64,000 nt of DNA, taken from NCBI GenBank assembly GCA_008690995.1, contig VRMN01000001.1:3286001-3350000 (forward strand). The letters run 5' to 3'. Made by a program: the position numbers and the translations under genes. The stretch is from Porphyridium purpureum. Lineage: Eukaryota. Below are positions 53,964 through 64,000 of the stretch, in pieces (position 1 is the first letter of the stretch; every line of letters starts with the position of its first letter). A model generated the notes under the pieces. The model saw nothing but the letters and a program-made list of their open reading frames with translations, was not told the origin of the DNA and did not search any database.

Positions 53964-55625
53964 ATGGAAGGTGGGGTGGACGAGTGGATGCACGTGTATG
54001 GTGAGTTGGAGAAACAAAGCGCTGGAATTGATGAGCACCATGTCGCGTTGCGATACGGAACGGGCGGCTTCCGAGCGCCCGCGCATTTGCTGCCGCGCGT
54101 GGTCATGCGGTGTGCGGTACTTATGGCGCTACGGTCCATGCAGGACGGAGCGCGAGTCACTGGTCTTATGATCACGGCGTCTCACAACCCAGAGTGCGAC
54201 AATGGAGTAAAGATGGTGGAGAGCAGTGGACATATGTTGGACGGACGCTGGGAAGTGTCTGCCGAGGCATTTGTGGCGTGTCGTGAGGAGCACGCGTGCG
54301 CCAAGTGGGTGCAGAGTCTCATTGAAGGCGAACGCATTCAAGTTTACCGCGCACGTGACGCAGCAGTGTTGTTGGGCTTTGACACGAGAAGAAGCTCGCC
54401 CGATTTAGCATTTCTCGCGGAACGCGCCATCGAGAGTGTCGGTGCAAAGGTTGTGCGGCTCGGTTTGGTGACGACACCTCAGCTGCACTTCTGTGTGCGC
54501 CGTACTAACACATCGACGAAGCCTTGGATGGCTGCCCCAGTAATTTGTCGCTCGGATGATTATGTTGGAGAGCTTGCTTCATCGTTCACACAATTAACGC
54601 GCCTTTCTGCACCGGCTCGAGGACCGCGCGTGCAAGTTCATGTGGATTGTGCTCATGGTGTTGGTGCTGTCGCCATGCGAGCACTTTGCGCCAAACTCCC
54701 AGATGAGCTAGCGGGTGCTTTTGTCGTATTCAACCACGAGTCTGATCCGCACGGAGTTCTGAATGAGAGATGTGGCGCGGATTATGTACAGAAGCAGCGG
54801 TGCTTTCCAGACGGCGCACCCCAGAATTGTTCGCATCTTGCCAGTCTGGACGGCGACGCGGATCGGCTCGTACTGGCTTTCAAGGACCCACAGAACATGG
54901 ATTTGTGCTTGCTGGACGGTGACTTTTTTGTCGTGCTGCTGGCGCATTATTTTTCCGGTCTCATGAAGGAGATTGACCTCTACTGGAGCGCAACCGGTCA
55001 ACGGCGCTCAATCGGAATTGGTGTGGTGCAAACTGCCTACTCGAATGGCGCAGCAAAGGAGATACTGATGAAACTGGATTTTGTGCAAGTGGCCATGGCG
55101 CATACTGGCGTGAAGTACCTTGAAAAGGAAGCACTGAAATTTGACATTGGCATGTACTGGGAACCAAACGGCCACGGAACGGTCTTGTTTTCCGAGTCGC
55201 TTCTGGCGTCGATGAGCGATGCTCATCCTGCAATGGAACGGCTGCGGCTGTATTCTCGATTGGTCAACCAGGCCGTGGGGGATGGCATTGCTGATCTACT
55301 TTTGATTCAGGTTGTGCTGCAGGACACACAGATTGGCCTGCATGATTGGTATGCCATGTATACGCCTCGTCCGAGCAAGAATCTTGTGGTCAAGGTCAAA
55401 GACAAGAATGCAATCGAGACATGCGACTTTGACCGGCGCGTGACGCGCCCAGAGCGATTGCAGCCCTGCGTGGACCAGGCGATCGCAAAGTATCCTAATG
55501 GGCGCGCCTTTGTAAGGCCGAGCGGGACAGAGGACGTGGTGCGCGTGTACGCCGAGGCGCATTCGTGGGAGTCAGCGAATTCACTAGCTGAAGAAATTGC
55601 TGCCCATGTGGGAGCGTGGTGCTAA
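53964..55625 (+). CDS. PGM3: Phosphoacetylglucosamine mutase
   Basis: YGTGGFR, MITASHNP..DNGVK, DGDADR, VQTAYSNG, TGVK, EPNGHGT and RPSGTEDVVRVYAEA. Confidence 0.93.
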   Translation: MEGGVDEWMHVYGELEKQSAGIDEHHVALRYGTGGFRAPAHLLPRVVMRCAVLMALRSMQDGARVTGLMITASHNPECDNGVKMVESSGHMLDGRWEVSAEAFVACREEHACAKWVQSLIEGERIQVYRARDAAVLLGFDTRRSSPDLAFLAERAIESVGAKVVRLGLVTTPQLHFCVRRTNTSTKPWMAAPVICRSDDYVGELASSFTQLTRLSAPARGPRVQVHVDCAHGVGAVAMRALCAKLPDELAGAFVVFNHESDPHGVLNERCGADYVQKQRCFPDGAPQNCSHLASLDGDADRLVLAFKDPQNMDLCLLDGDFFVVLLAHYFSGLMKEIDLYWSATGQRRSIGIGVVQTAYSNGAAKEILMKLDFVQVAMAHTGVKYLEKEALKFDIGMYWEPNGHGTVLFSESLLASMSDAHPAMERLRLYSRLVNQAVGDGIADLLLIQVVLQDTQIGLHDWYAMYTPRPSKNLVVKVKDKNAIETCDFDRRVTRPERLQPCVDQAIAKYPNGRAFVRPSGTEDVVRVYAEAHSWESANSLAEEIAAHVGAWC

Positions 55626-55706
55626 ACGCGACAATGCACGTTTTAATAACTATTATGGAGCTTTCAAACCGAGAGAGCTCAAGGATTTGACATAAAATCC
55701 GATCTA

Positions 55707-57305
55707 TCACACGCGGATGGCTCGCGCAAGTCCGAGCCTCAGTCGAACCCACAGAAACAGCGCTGCAAGCCTTCGACGGAACCAGCGTAGCCAGGTGAGG
55801 CTGCGTGGCCGGCCGAGCCCCCAGAACATGCGGAACCTAAAGTTGCTCATGGCGCGACGATAGTGGAGGTTGCGAGTCACAGCGGTCGCCGCCTGCCAAT
55901 TCCAGCGCTCGGCTTCCTTGCGCGCTTCGAGCGCCATGACGTCGCGCTTTTCCTTGTTTTCCAGCAGAGAACGCACACACGCGATCGCGTCTTGTGCATT
56001 GCCTGGCTCAAACAGAAGCCCATTCTGACCATGCGAAATTAAGTCTGGAACGCCGCCCGCGCGCGCCCCCACGACGGGAACACCGCTGGCCATGGACTCC
56101 ATCACCACGAAACCAAGCGTTTCCGATTCACTTGGCATCACAAACAGATCTGCCGACGCAAATGCCTGCGACAACTCAACGCCGGACATCTGACCCATGA
56201 AAACGACCGAGCCGCGGTGCTCGGCGAACGTCGCCTTTTCGAGCTCGTCGCGCACGGGACCGTTGCCGACCAGCGCCAGCCGAGTGTTGGGTATGGCGTT
56301 CAGCACATGCTTGATAAAAGGAAGGTTCTTTTCTGCGCCAAGCCGGCCCACATAAACGAGAAGCGGTGCGTCCGGGTGCCCACCGGACATGCGCATGCGC
56401 ATATCCGAGCTGCGGTACTGTGGGTTGAACACGTCTGTGTCGACGCCCTTGCGCCATAATCCCACACGTTCGACCCCATTGGCCAATAGTTCGTTGCACA
56501 GCTGCGGCGATGTGGCGAGCGTGGCGTCCGCGCGGTTATGCACAAAGCGAATGAACCACCATGCGAGCTTCTCGAAGAACGCGAGACCGTACGCTCGCGC
56601 GTACACGGGCAAATGCGTGTGGTACGAGAAAAGCATGGGTACACGCAGAAGGCGCGCGTAGAGCATGGTGGTGAAGACCATGAAGCCCGGAGTGCTGACG
56701 TGCAGCACGTCCGGTTGGAATGCCTTGAGCGCTGCGTAGACGCCGCGAAACCCAAAAGACAGCGTAATGTGCTTGTACAGAGGGAAGCGGAAGCCGCGCA
56801 CGTTGATGATCTTGGCGCCTTCGAACTCGCTGGGTGCGTCTGGCGAGTTGTCTGGGGTGATCACCAGCACTTCGTCGCCTGCCTGGTTCAACCACTTGAG
56901 CAGCGTCTTGAAGCGATTGCTGTACCCGCTCACGTGGGTAAACGGTGTTGGCTCCACCACGATCGCAATCTTCCTGCGAGGCTGGAAGTTGAGCTCGAGC
57001 TCTGGCTCACTGCCCATGTATTTTGTATAATTTCGCCCACTCGAAGACGATTGACCCGGAGTGCCATGCGCGCTCCTTTGCTCCTGCTCCTGCTGTTCTG
57101 GCGATGACAAGTCGGGCATTGGCGCACTCGCGACGACCACTTTCGTCGGCCTTCTGACCGCACGCAGACGCCGACACGGCGGAGAATAGCACACGGCGCG
57201 GTGCGCACGTTCTGTGCGCGCGTCCAAACGCCGCACGCCAGGCGCATGGTTCACAGCAAACATGGCCGGCGCCACGCCACACGCTCTTGCTCCGTGGGAA
57301 TCCAT
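55707..57305 (-). CDS. SQD2: Sulfoquinovosyltransferase (SQDG synthase, GT4), plastid
   Basis: VEPTPFTHVSGYSNRF, SYHTH.P.Y, WRKGVD, VGRLGAEK, PSESETLGFVVMESMASG and ATAVTRNLHY; transit peptide. Confidence 0.92.
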   Translation of the reverse strand: MDSHGARACGVAPAMFAVNHAPGVRRLDARTERAHRAVCYSPPCRRLRAVRRPTKVVVASAPMPDLSSPEQQEQEQRSAHGTPGQSSSSGRNYTKYMGSEPELELNFQPRRKIAIVVEPTPFTHVSGYSNRFKTLLKWLNQAGDEVLVITPDNSPDAPSEFEGAKIINVRGFRFPLYKHITLSFGFRGVYAALKAFQPDVLHVSTPGFMVFTTMLYARLLRVPMLFSYHTHLPVYARAYGLAFFEKLAWWFIRFVHNRADATLATSPQLCNELLANGVERVGLWRKGVDTDVFNPQYRSSDMRMRMSGGHPDAPLLVYVGRLGAEKNLPFIKHVLNAIPNTRLALVGNGPVRDELEKATFAEHRGSVVFMGQMSGVELSQAFASADLFVMPSESETLGFVVMESMASGVPVVGARAGGVPDLISHGQNGLLFEPGNAQDAIACVRSLLENKEKRDVMALEARKEAERWNWQAATAVTRNLHYRRAMSNFRFRMFWGLGRPRSLTWLRWFRRRLAALFLWVRLRLGLARAIRV

Positions 57306-57458
57306 ATCTCACATCCACTGCGCAAGCCAGACGATCTCCAGACCCCAAACCCAACCCAACCACGCGCACCACCTCACCCCACTCAGCCACCGCACGCTCT
57401 AACCACCCACCGCCGTCCACCCGCGCTCACCAGCGCCGAAGAGTGCCGAGCTATTAGG

Positions 57459-57517
57459 CCACCCACCCACCCACCCACCCACCCACCCACCTACCCGCCC
57501 ACACACACACTCTCTCT
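57459..57517. repeat. (CCAC)n/(CA)n/(CT)n compound microsatellite upstream of SQD2
   Basis: Direct read. Confidence 0.8.
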
Positions 57518-58211
57518 TTCTCCCCCTCTGTTCCTGTCGGTCCAGCATCTGCCACCAGACTCCGCATCGCCCCGCTCAACAGCCACACGCGCGCGCGCCA
57601 GATTCCCGCCCAGAATCGACCCCCCACGCGAATCGCATAATTTTATTCGAAATTCGCGTCCGGTACAGTGGAGTATGGTACAGCTGCGTGTTCAGCCATT
57701 GTTCAGCGGGTGTTCAGTAAAATTCATCGGGGACTCGCTCGGAGATGACATATCGTGGACAGTGTCATGCTAGATGACAGTGTGTCATTTACGAGGCGCG
57801 CGGCCGTCATCCGGTCATTGCGGAAGTCTCCATGATGTCAAAGCAATGCGTGCATGGCGGTCGCGAGGCGCGGCCGCACGAACGCACGCGCGCGTGTGTC
57901 TGGTGCTCCGCCACGTGAGATGTGCGACTCGGCGGCGCCGCCGTGTTGCGTGAGGAATCGCGCTCGCGATGCGTTGAGGTTGGTGAAGCCGCTCAACCGT
58001 CGCACAATCGCGGGCACTTGGCGCGCGTCTCGCCGATGCATATCTGACCCGCGCATCGTGCTTCACGCGTGGGTGTGTTCGGTTCGGCGGATCGGCGGTT
58101 CCTCCGGCACGCGCTCCGAGGCAGGCGGCTTGCCAACGCTTTACGGTCGGATGCTTGGGCGCTGACAAGGCGAATTCACTCAGGTAGTCGCAACGTATCG
58201 CGGACTTTGAA

Positions 58212-60716
58212 ATGGGGAATTGCTTGTCGGCCTCGGAACCGAGTGCGGCGGCCTCGGGCAAGCAGGCAGACAAGCCATCGTCTCCGACGCCCGTCAAGAA
58301 AAATACGGATGCTGTTCCCAAGGCGTCAGGACCAGAGCGGCCCGCGGCAAAGAAGGTACAGGCCGCGCCCGTCGTGGACTCGACATCGTCGGCATCGTAC
58401 TCGGCAAACGGTGGGTCGGAGCTTTTCGGACTGTTTGCCAAGAAGGACGAGGAAGACAAAACCTTTTCTCTGCTTGGGGCCAAAAAGTCCAAGGTGCGCC
58501 TTGCCCAGCATGGCTTTGACGACTCAGCGGCAGCGGCGGATGCGCAGGCACCGCACATTTCCGTGCTCGAGGGTGAAGCCATGACCATGTGGTACCGCGT
58601 GATTGTGGCGTCCGCGTCAACGCCAATCGACGAAAAGAGCGTTCAACAATGCATAGACAGCGTCTTTGCCTTGGTGGACTCCAAGTTCAACAACTGGAAC
58701 CCGAATAGCGAGATCAATCAGCTGAACGCGCTCAAGGCCAAGAAAAAGATGGACGCATCGCCGGAAATGCACCAGCTCTTTGCGTTGATTGATAACGTGC
58801 ACACACTCTCTGACGGCCGTTTTGACCCCACGGTGGATCCACTGATCAAGATCTGGACAAAGAGTCTGGTCGAGTACGGGCATCCATGCTCCTCACAGGA
58901 CACTTCGCACCTCAAGTTTGCTCTAGGCTGGAAGACGAAAGTGACGCGCAAGAACTTGTCGGTTATGCTGGAGAATTCAAACACAAGTATCGACTTGTGC
59001 GGCATTGTGAAAGGTTATGCGGTGGACGAGATTCTAACACGAATCCAGAATGCGCGCTGGGTGGGGAACAACAAGATTAGCATTTACGTGGACTGGGCAG
59101 GGGATATTCGCAGCATCGGTATGCACCCGACTGGAAGGCCATGGCGCTCGGCTGTGATGCAGCCGCCAGAGCTCAAACGCCTCTTTGATCTCTGGGCCTC
59201 TGACCGCATGGATCTCGCAGTTTCCGAAAAGGACGTGCAGTTTTTCGTAGACTTCCCGGACTCACATGGGGGTGCCGCGCTAGCCACGAGCGGCGACTAT
59301 TTTCGCATTCAGAAATTCGGTTACCATCATATTTATGATATTACGAACCATACACCTTTGAAGGCCGGCGTGGGCTCGCTTGCCTCTGTGTCTGTACTTG
59401 CAAGCGATTGCACTATAGCGGATTCGCTCGCGACGGCTGGCATGACATGTGGCACCGTAAAAGCGGCCTCTGCATTTTTCGACGGTCTCATGAAATCGCA
59501 GCCTGATACATTGCTTGGTTACTGCCTAATTGGCCGGTCCAATGGCGATGTCAAGTATACGAGTGTCTTTAAGAGACACAATGATTACCTTGAATCACAC
59601 GGCGTCAAGACAAAAGCTTCTGACGTTTCGCCCGCACCGGGAAGCCTGATTGGTGTAGAACCTGCCGCCCTCAAGAAGCGAAACACGGACTCCAACAAGG
59701 CGCTCTTTCCAGCCGTTCTCAATCAGCTTCCGCGTACGTTGTGTGTGGTCGGTGTTAACCAGTCAGGTGGGAAGCCATTCGTGACTGGGGTCTGCGGCTC
59801 AGTCGCGTCGTGCTCTCTATCCCCGCCATCCTTTTCCCTGCTGGTGGACCCAAGTGTGCTACCAGTTGCGGTGGGCACCGAGCTGCACGTTGCCTACTTG
59901 AACGAGAACACACGAGAACTTGTCGAAGTCTCGACAAATAATAGCAGCTCGTTCGTGGACTGGGCTCTGAAGCCTGGTGTACAATGCAAGGACGCGAAGG
60001 ACTGGCAGAAAATGTTCGGCAAGGTATGCGCTGGGATGCTTGGGACAGTGGTGAAAGTGGAGAGTGTGGATGCCCATTGTGCGGTTGCTATTGTGAATCC
60101 GAGCTCCTTCACACTGATGCCCAAGAGCGGGGCGCGGCTACACGCAATTGGGTCGCGTTTGGTGTCTGGTCCGATTGTTGCGGAGAAGTACATTTGCGAC
60201 TCGGTCGCGATTGAGGAGGACGAGCGTCTCAAGCGATTAATGCGCTCGAATCGGTCACCGGTCTGTGTAGTATCCGTAAGCTCAGCAGACGGCCGCGCTC
60301 ATGCGCTTACGGCGAGCTCGGTGCGAACCGAGCCGCGCACGGGTGCTAGCTTTGCGTTCAATATCCAGAAGGGGTCCGTTTTTCGCTCATCTCTTGGCTT
60401 TGAGGGCTCACGCGTAGCGCTCCACTGGCTTCACCCCGTGCAAGAGTCTTTGGCGGAATACCACACCAAGTCAGTCACACTTGACACATCGCGCGCCGAC
60501 TCGCTGTCAAATGTGGTCTCTCGTGACGAGATGGGCAGCGGCTGGCCGCCAGTGATTGCGGGCTGCGCGGCGGTTCTAATTTGCACCGTGGTGTGTGTGA
60601 CTGACGCAGGTGATCATTTGGTATACGTGTGCCGCGCAACACACGTTCCAGAAGACTTGGGCACCGGCGTGTTCCTGACGTATGGCAACGGCAACTACTC
60701 CGTCCTGGAAGGTTAG
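58212..60716 (+). CDS. ApbE-family FAD:protein FMN transferase fused to two flavin-reductase-like (split-barrel) domains, with an MGNC acylation motif
   Basis: ApbE blocks: GEAMTM, NSEINQLN, SDGRFDPTV, IDLCGIVKGYAVD, AGDI, PWR, ATSGDY, HIYD, SVSV and ADSLATA. C-terminus: PVCVVS...HALTASSV...PVIAGC..L.C......AGDH. Confidence 0.82.
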   Translation: MGNCLSASEPSAAASGKQADKPSSPTPVKKNTDAVPKASGPERPAAKKVQAAPVVDSTSSASYSANGGSELFGLFAKKDEEDKTFSLLGAKKSKVRLAQHGFDDSAAAADAQAPHISVLEGEAMTMWYRVIVASASTPIDEKSVQQCIDSVFALVDSKFNNWNPNSEINQLNALKAKKKMDASPEMHQLFALIDNVHTLSDGRFDPTVDPLIKIWTKSLVEYGHPCSSQDTSHLKFALGWKTKVTRKNLSVMLENSNTSIDLCGIVKGYAVDEILTRIQNARWVGNNKISIYVDWAGDIRSIGMHPTGRPWRSAVMQPPELKRLFDLWASDRMDLAVSEKDVQFFVDFPDSHGGAALATSGDYFRIQKFGYHHIYDITNHTPLKAGVGSLASVSVLASDCTIADSLATAGMTCGTVKAASAFFDGLMKSQPDTLLGYCLIGRSNGDVKYTSVFKRHNDYLESHGVKTKASDVSPAPGSLIGVEPAALKKRNTDSNKALFPAVLNQLPRTLCVVGVNQSGGKPFVTGVCGSVASCSLSPPSFSLLVDPSVLPVAVGTELHVAYLNENTRELVEVSTNNSSSFVDWALKPGVQCKDAKDWQKMFGKVCAGMLGTVVKVESVDAHCAVAIVNPSSFTLMPKSGARLHAIGSRLVSGPIVAEKYICDSVAIEEDERLKRLMRSNRSPVCVVSVSSADGRAHALTASSVRTEPRTGASFAFNIQKGSVFRSSLGFEGSRVALHWLHPVQESLAEYHTKSVTLDTSRADSLSNVVSRDEMGSGWPPVIAGCAAVLICTVVCVTDAGDHLVYVCRATHVPEDLGTGVFLTYGNGNYSVLEG

Positions 60717-60868
60717 CATGCGCGCACGCTTGTGTGGGTTGAAATATGGAGATGAACAAGTCGATGTCACGTGTCTGCCTGCGTCGTCCGACATTATAAA
60801 TTTGATAGATTTCCCGGGGGCGGCTGGAACCATGTAAAGACGCATTGTAGGTAGTGGTCAGAATTCTG

Positions 60869-63800
60869 TTAACTTTCAAGCCGCTTGAGCACTTCGGCAC
60901 GGTCCGCGTCTGGTAAACCGCCTAGCAGCTCCGAGATTGATGCACGCACGGCGTCCAGTCGCACCGGCGCAAGCAGCGCATCCAGGTTGGCACTGTTTTC
61001 GTCAAACCACTTCAGGAACGCGCGGTCATCGAGCCACACGGCATCGCCGCCCACGAGTGCGCGCATGACTTCTGTGGCGGCGAGCCAGTCGAGTGCTGCG
61101 TTGACTTTCGCGACGTGCTTGCGCAGCTCTAGTTCACGCAGACGGCGCTTTGTGCGCCAGAAAAAGTACTCGCGGGAGCGCTTCCACTCGACAACGTCAC
61201 GAATGACGCCCTTGGCCAGCATGCGACCCGAACGGTCGTGCAGATCGGCAAACTCGTGAGCAATCTGGAGATAGATTGGCAGCAACAGATTTTCGCGCTT
61301 GCTGATAGCAGCCTTGATTTCTGCGCGATCCTTTTCTTCCGTAGCATTCTCAAGCCGCGCGTCAAGCGAAAGCAGCTCAGTGTCCAGGCGATGCATCGCC
61401 TTCAGCTGATCGGGCGCGCGAAACTTGACCTCGCAGATGCCCGGCGGCTCCAAAATACCGCCCCGGCTCTGCGTGTCCGCGTACATCTCCATCATCTTTT
61501 CATTAATGGTCGGGTCAACGACCACCCATGCACCGCCGCGAAGCTCCGCATTGGGTGGCAGATAGATCGAGACAGGCATATCATACTTGCGCAGCGCGTC
61601 CACAATCATGGCACCAAACTTGAGCACTTCACCAAACATGTCGCGCGTGCCGCCCGAGAAACCACGCCAGTTCGCAAAAATCATCAGCGGCAAATTCTCA
61701 CCGCTGAAGTCTTCGATCGCCTGTGCCGTCTTGAAAGCAGAGTCTGGGTACCATACTTGCCCGGCTTGAGGTTCAAGCGTCTCACGCGACGCCGCATTTG
61801 CTGGATCGGCCGGGATCACGCGATCAAAGGTGCGCGTTTCGACAGCAATCACTCCGTACGGAATCCCGCCAAGCCTGGCGCGGCCTACTACTACACTCCT
61901 ACCCCAGCCAGCTAGGTATTCTTTGAAGCTGCCGGCGTCAAAGAAGCCACGCAACACCTTGCCATCCGGCTGCACACTTCCACGCAACATATCACGCACA
62001 TCGTACGTGGCCCCACCGCCTTTGGGCGGTACAAACTCGACATCGCGGCCGATTGGATCTGCAGGCGGTCCCGCAAGTATAGGCGGACTGCCGCGTGCTG
62101 TCGCCGGCACGTACGCGAGCCAGTCCAAGATCGCAATGACACCTTCCTGGTCGTTCTCGACGAGTTCGTGCGTCACGCCATTAGGCACCATGATTTGGGG
62201 CCCTCCAAGCTGATCCAGTGAAGAGTATACGTCACGCCCTAGAAGCTTGTTCAGCGCCTGGAAGCCAGTGAGAATGATCGGTCCATTCGTTTGCTGGATG
62301 GTGCGCTGGCCCAGTCTCACCAAATAAGCGCCGATGCCAACCGAACGCCCCGTCACGTAGCTCAGCGTGAAACTTTCGTCGTACGCACGACTAGTCTCTC
62401 CAGCGATGAGACCGGAACCCCTCAGGTTCTCGACGCCGATGCCATGTGCAGTGCCAATGATATCTTTGAGAACGTAACGCACTTCCTCCCCCTTTTCCCC
62501 AGAACCCGCGCACATGCGCCTTTCCGCGATGACTGTACCTTCAGGCAACTCATTGTAGTCCTTCTCTGACAAATACAAGTACTCGAAGCCAAGTGTTGGG
62601 TTCGACTCGTCGCGAAACTGCACTTTGAACATCGGTTTCAGCGACTCGACGAGGCCAATACGTGCACCGCTGTTGCTCGACAGATAAATGCGCGGAATGC
62701 TACGCACACGGGCATACTCGGACGCTTTGAAAAAGAACTCGTCCTCAGCGACGCCAAACGATCCGGCCTGGAAGGTTACATCATTGGCAATAACCACGAT
62801 CTCGCGACCAGATGGATATTCTGGTGTCTTGAGCGTGATGAGCCATGCGACCATACCAATCTCATTCTGGCCCGGTGCGCGCTCCACAGGAGACAGCTCC
62901 TGCGTTTCTTTATCAAGCACAAGTTCGCGCGTCCTCATGAGCGATCCAAATTGTGGTGTGACGGGCGGGTTAGTCGAGCGCGTGCGAGCTCGCGACCACT
63001 GCTTCACGAGTGCAATTTCAAACAAGGCCATGAAATCGTAAGCGTACGTCGATCCGACGCGACGTGCCGCGCGGCGCTTGAGCTGCTCCGGTCCACTCTT
63101 CGTGTAGTACGGCCGCGACGCTGAAGCATTTAGCTGCTGTCCTTGCGCTATTTGCTGCTCCTCGTACGGCACATACTGCTCTGTTACGCCAGTGATCGGG
63201 TTCTGAATCTCTGCAAAAGCATCGGTCTTAAAGAACGTCCGCTGTGATTGCGCACCCGCGTAACCGCCTGTCGGCGACGCCCAAAGACGCACTGCCTGCT
63301 GAACTTCATTTCCAGTGCTGTCCGCTTCGAATGGCACGCGTATCTTGAGCTCGATGTTTTCCACACGCAGTCGGATCAGCCGTTCTGCGTACTTGACCAT
63401 TAACGCTTCCATATCTGCTCGAAGGTGTCGAACCGTGTGCGCCGGAGGCAACTTTTTCGTGGGTCCGCCGGTCTGTTCAATGTACGCCGCCCCTTGGACA
63501 GGCTGCAATACGTTCAAAAACATGTTACAGGTCGCGGTGGGGTCTACACGCGGGTTCACGATGCCAGCGTCGAGTTGGTCCATGAGGATGAGCAGCACTT
63601 TTTCCATCACGCCAGGTACAGACATATCTGAGTGCGAAATACCTCGCAGAAAGAGGGACTGCGTGCGAGGCCGTGTGAGTGCCACTTCTTGGTCGCGCTT
63701 CTCGGTGCCCAGCCAAAGTTGAGCGTTTCGCAAGTAAATGGGTAGTCGTTGCAGTTCAAAGTTCTCACTCAGCCGGCTGAGCTCAAGCAAATAGGGGAAG

Positions 63801-64000
63801 GACGTGCGCATGTCACGTCGCAAGGCGTCTTCTGCATAGTTTTCGCAGAAGTTGAATGAGAACATGCGCGGTGCTTTTGGCGCCTGGTTCACCAGCAAAT
63901 TGACCGTGCGAACGCCGGCCTCGTTGCGAAGCTGGAGGTTACGCGCCTGCAACAAACCCTCCCAACGCGAAATGAAGCCGCGCTCCTCTTCTGAGCCCTG
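60869..64000 (-). CDS. ACC1: Multidomain eukaryotic acetyl-CoA carboxylase, 3' part (carboxyltransferase domain); 5' end lies outside the window
   Basis: TYAYDF, NEIGMVAW, ANDVTFQAGSFG, NSGARIG, GVENLRGSG, QAGQVWYPDSAFKTAQAI, ANWRGFSGG and ELRGGAWVV; the frame stays open to the window edge. Confidence 0.96.
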   Translation of the reverse strand, partial: QGSEEERGFISRWEGLLQARNLQLRNEAGVRTVNLLVNQAPKAPRMFSFNFCENYAEDALRRDMRTSFPYLLELSRLSENFELQRLPIYLRNAQLWLGTEKRDQEVALTRPRTQSLFLRGISHSDMSVPGVMEKVLLILMDQLDAGIVNPRVDPTATCNMFLNVLQPVQGAAYIEQTGGPTKKLPPAHTVRHLRADMEALMVKYAERLIRLRVENIELKIRVPFEADSTGNEVQQAVRLWASPTGGYAGAQSQRTFFKTDAFAEIQNPITGVTEQYVPYEEQQIAQGQQLNASASRPYYTKSGPEQLKRRAARRVGSTYAYDFMALFEIALVKQWSRARTRSTNPPVTPQFGSLMRTRELVLDKETQELSPVERAPGQNEIGMVAWLITLKTPEYPSGREIVVIANDVTFQAGSFGVAEDEFFFKASEYARVRSIPRIYLSSNSGARIGLVESLKPMFKVQFRDESNPTLGFEYLYLSEKDYNELPEGTVIAERRMCAGSGEKGEEVRYVLKDIIGTAHGIGVENLRGSGLIAGETSRAYDESFTLSYVTGRSVGIGAYLVRLGQRTIQQTNGPIILTGFQALNKLLGRDVYSSLDQLGGPQIMVPNGVTHELVENDQEGVIAILDWLAYVPATARGSPPILAGPPADPIGRDVEFVPPKGGGATYDVRDMLRGSVQPDGKVLRGFFDAGSFKEYLAGWGRSVVVGRARLGGIPYGVIAVETRTFDRVIPADPANAASRETLEPQAGQVWYPDSAFKTAQAIEDFSGENLPLMIFANWRGFSGGTRDMFGEVLKFGAMIVDALRKYDMPVSIYLPPNAELRGGAWVVVDPTINEKMMEMYADTQSRGGILEPPGICEVKFRAPDQLKAMHRLDTELLSLDARLENATEEKDRAEIKAAISKRENLLLPIYLQIAHEFADLHDRSGRMLAKGVIRDVVEWKRSREYFFWRTKRRLRELELRKHVAKVNAALDWLAATEVMRALVGGDAVWLDDRAFLKWFDENSANLDALLAPVRLDAVRASISELLGGLPDADRAEVLKRLES

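Noticed and set aside
42097..64000. Biotin ligase and ACCase as a functional cluster
   Set aside because: They are about 17 kb and ten unrelated genes apart, which is compatible with chance.

Overview
Eukaryotic nuclear DNA that is very gene-dense and almost intron-free. About 38 protein-coding genes are supportable, with only one clear spliceosomal intron (in NDUFB7). Plastid-type genes (SQD2, ClpS, DUF1499) with apparent transit peptides, plus the compact layout, suggest a unicellular red alga such as Porphyridium (inference, not verified). Housekeeping genes include a PP6-type phosphatase, p24/TMED, a mitochondrial carrier, riboflavin kinase, CMC4, TBCC, Tim8, uL30m, eIF5B, DIS3L2, biotin ligase, cardiolipin synthase, MZT1, NDUFB7, a DHHC acyltransferase, PGM3, SQD2 and the 3' part of multidomain ACCase. 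The most notable observations are four. (1) An N-acylated ApbE flavin transferase is fused to two flavin-reductase-like domains and carries its own DxxSSAS flavinylation-type motif. (2) An ~1,790-aa fusion joins a PARN/CAF1-like deadenylase to a non-canonical poly(A)-polymerase-like NTase; both appear catalytically dead, and the frame breaks inside a GGGGCC repeat. (3) Gene packing is operon-like: an ATGA stop/start overlap, a three-ORF run with 24- and 49-bp gaps, and divergent ATGs only 2 bp apart. (4) A FluG/NodGS-type glutamine synthetase-like gene is frameshifted. I recognised no rRNA, tRNA, CRISPR array or intact mobile element. All family calls come from motif recognition by eye, not database searches.
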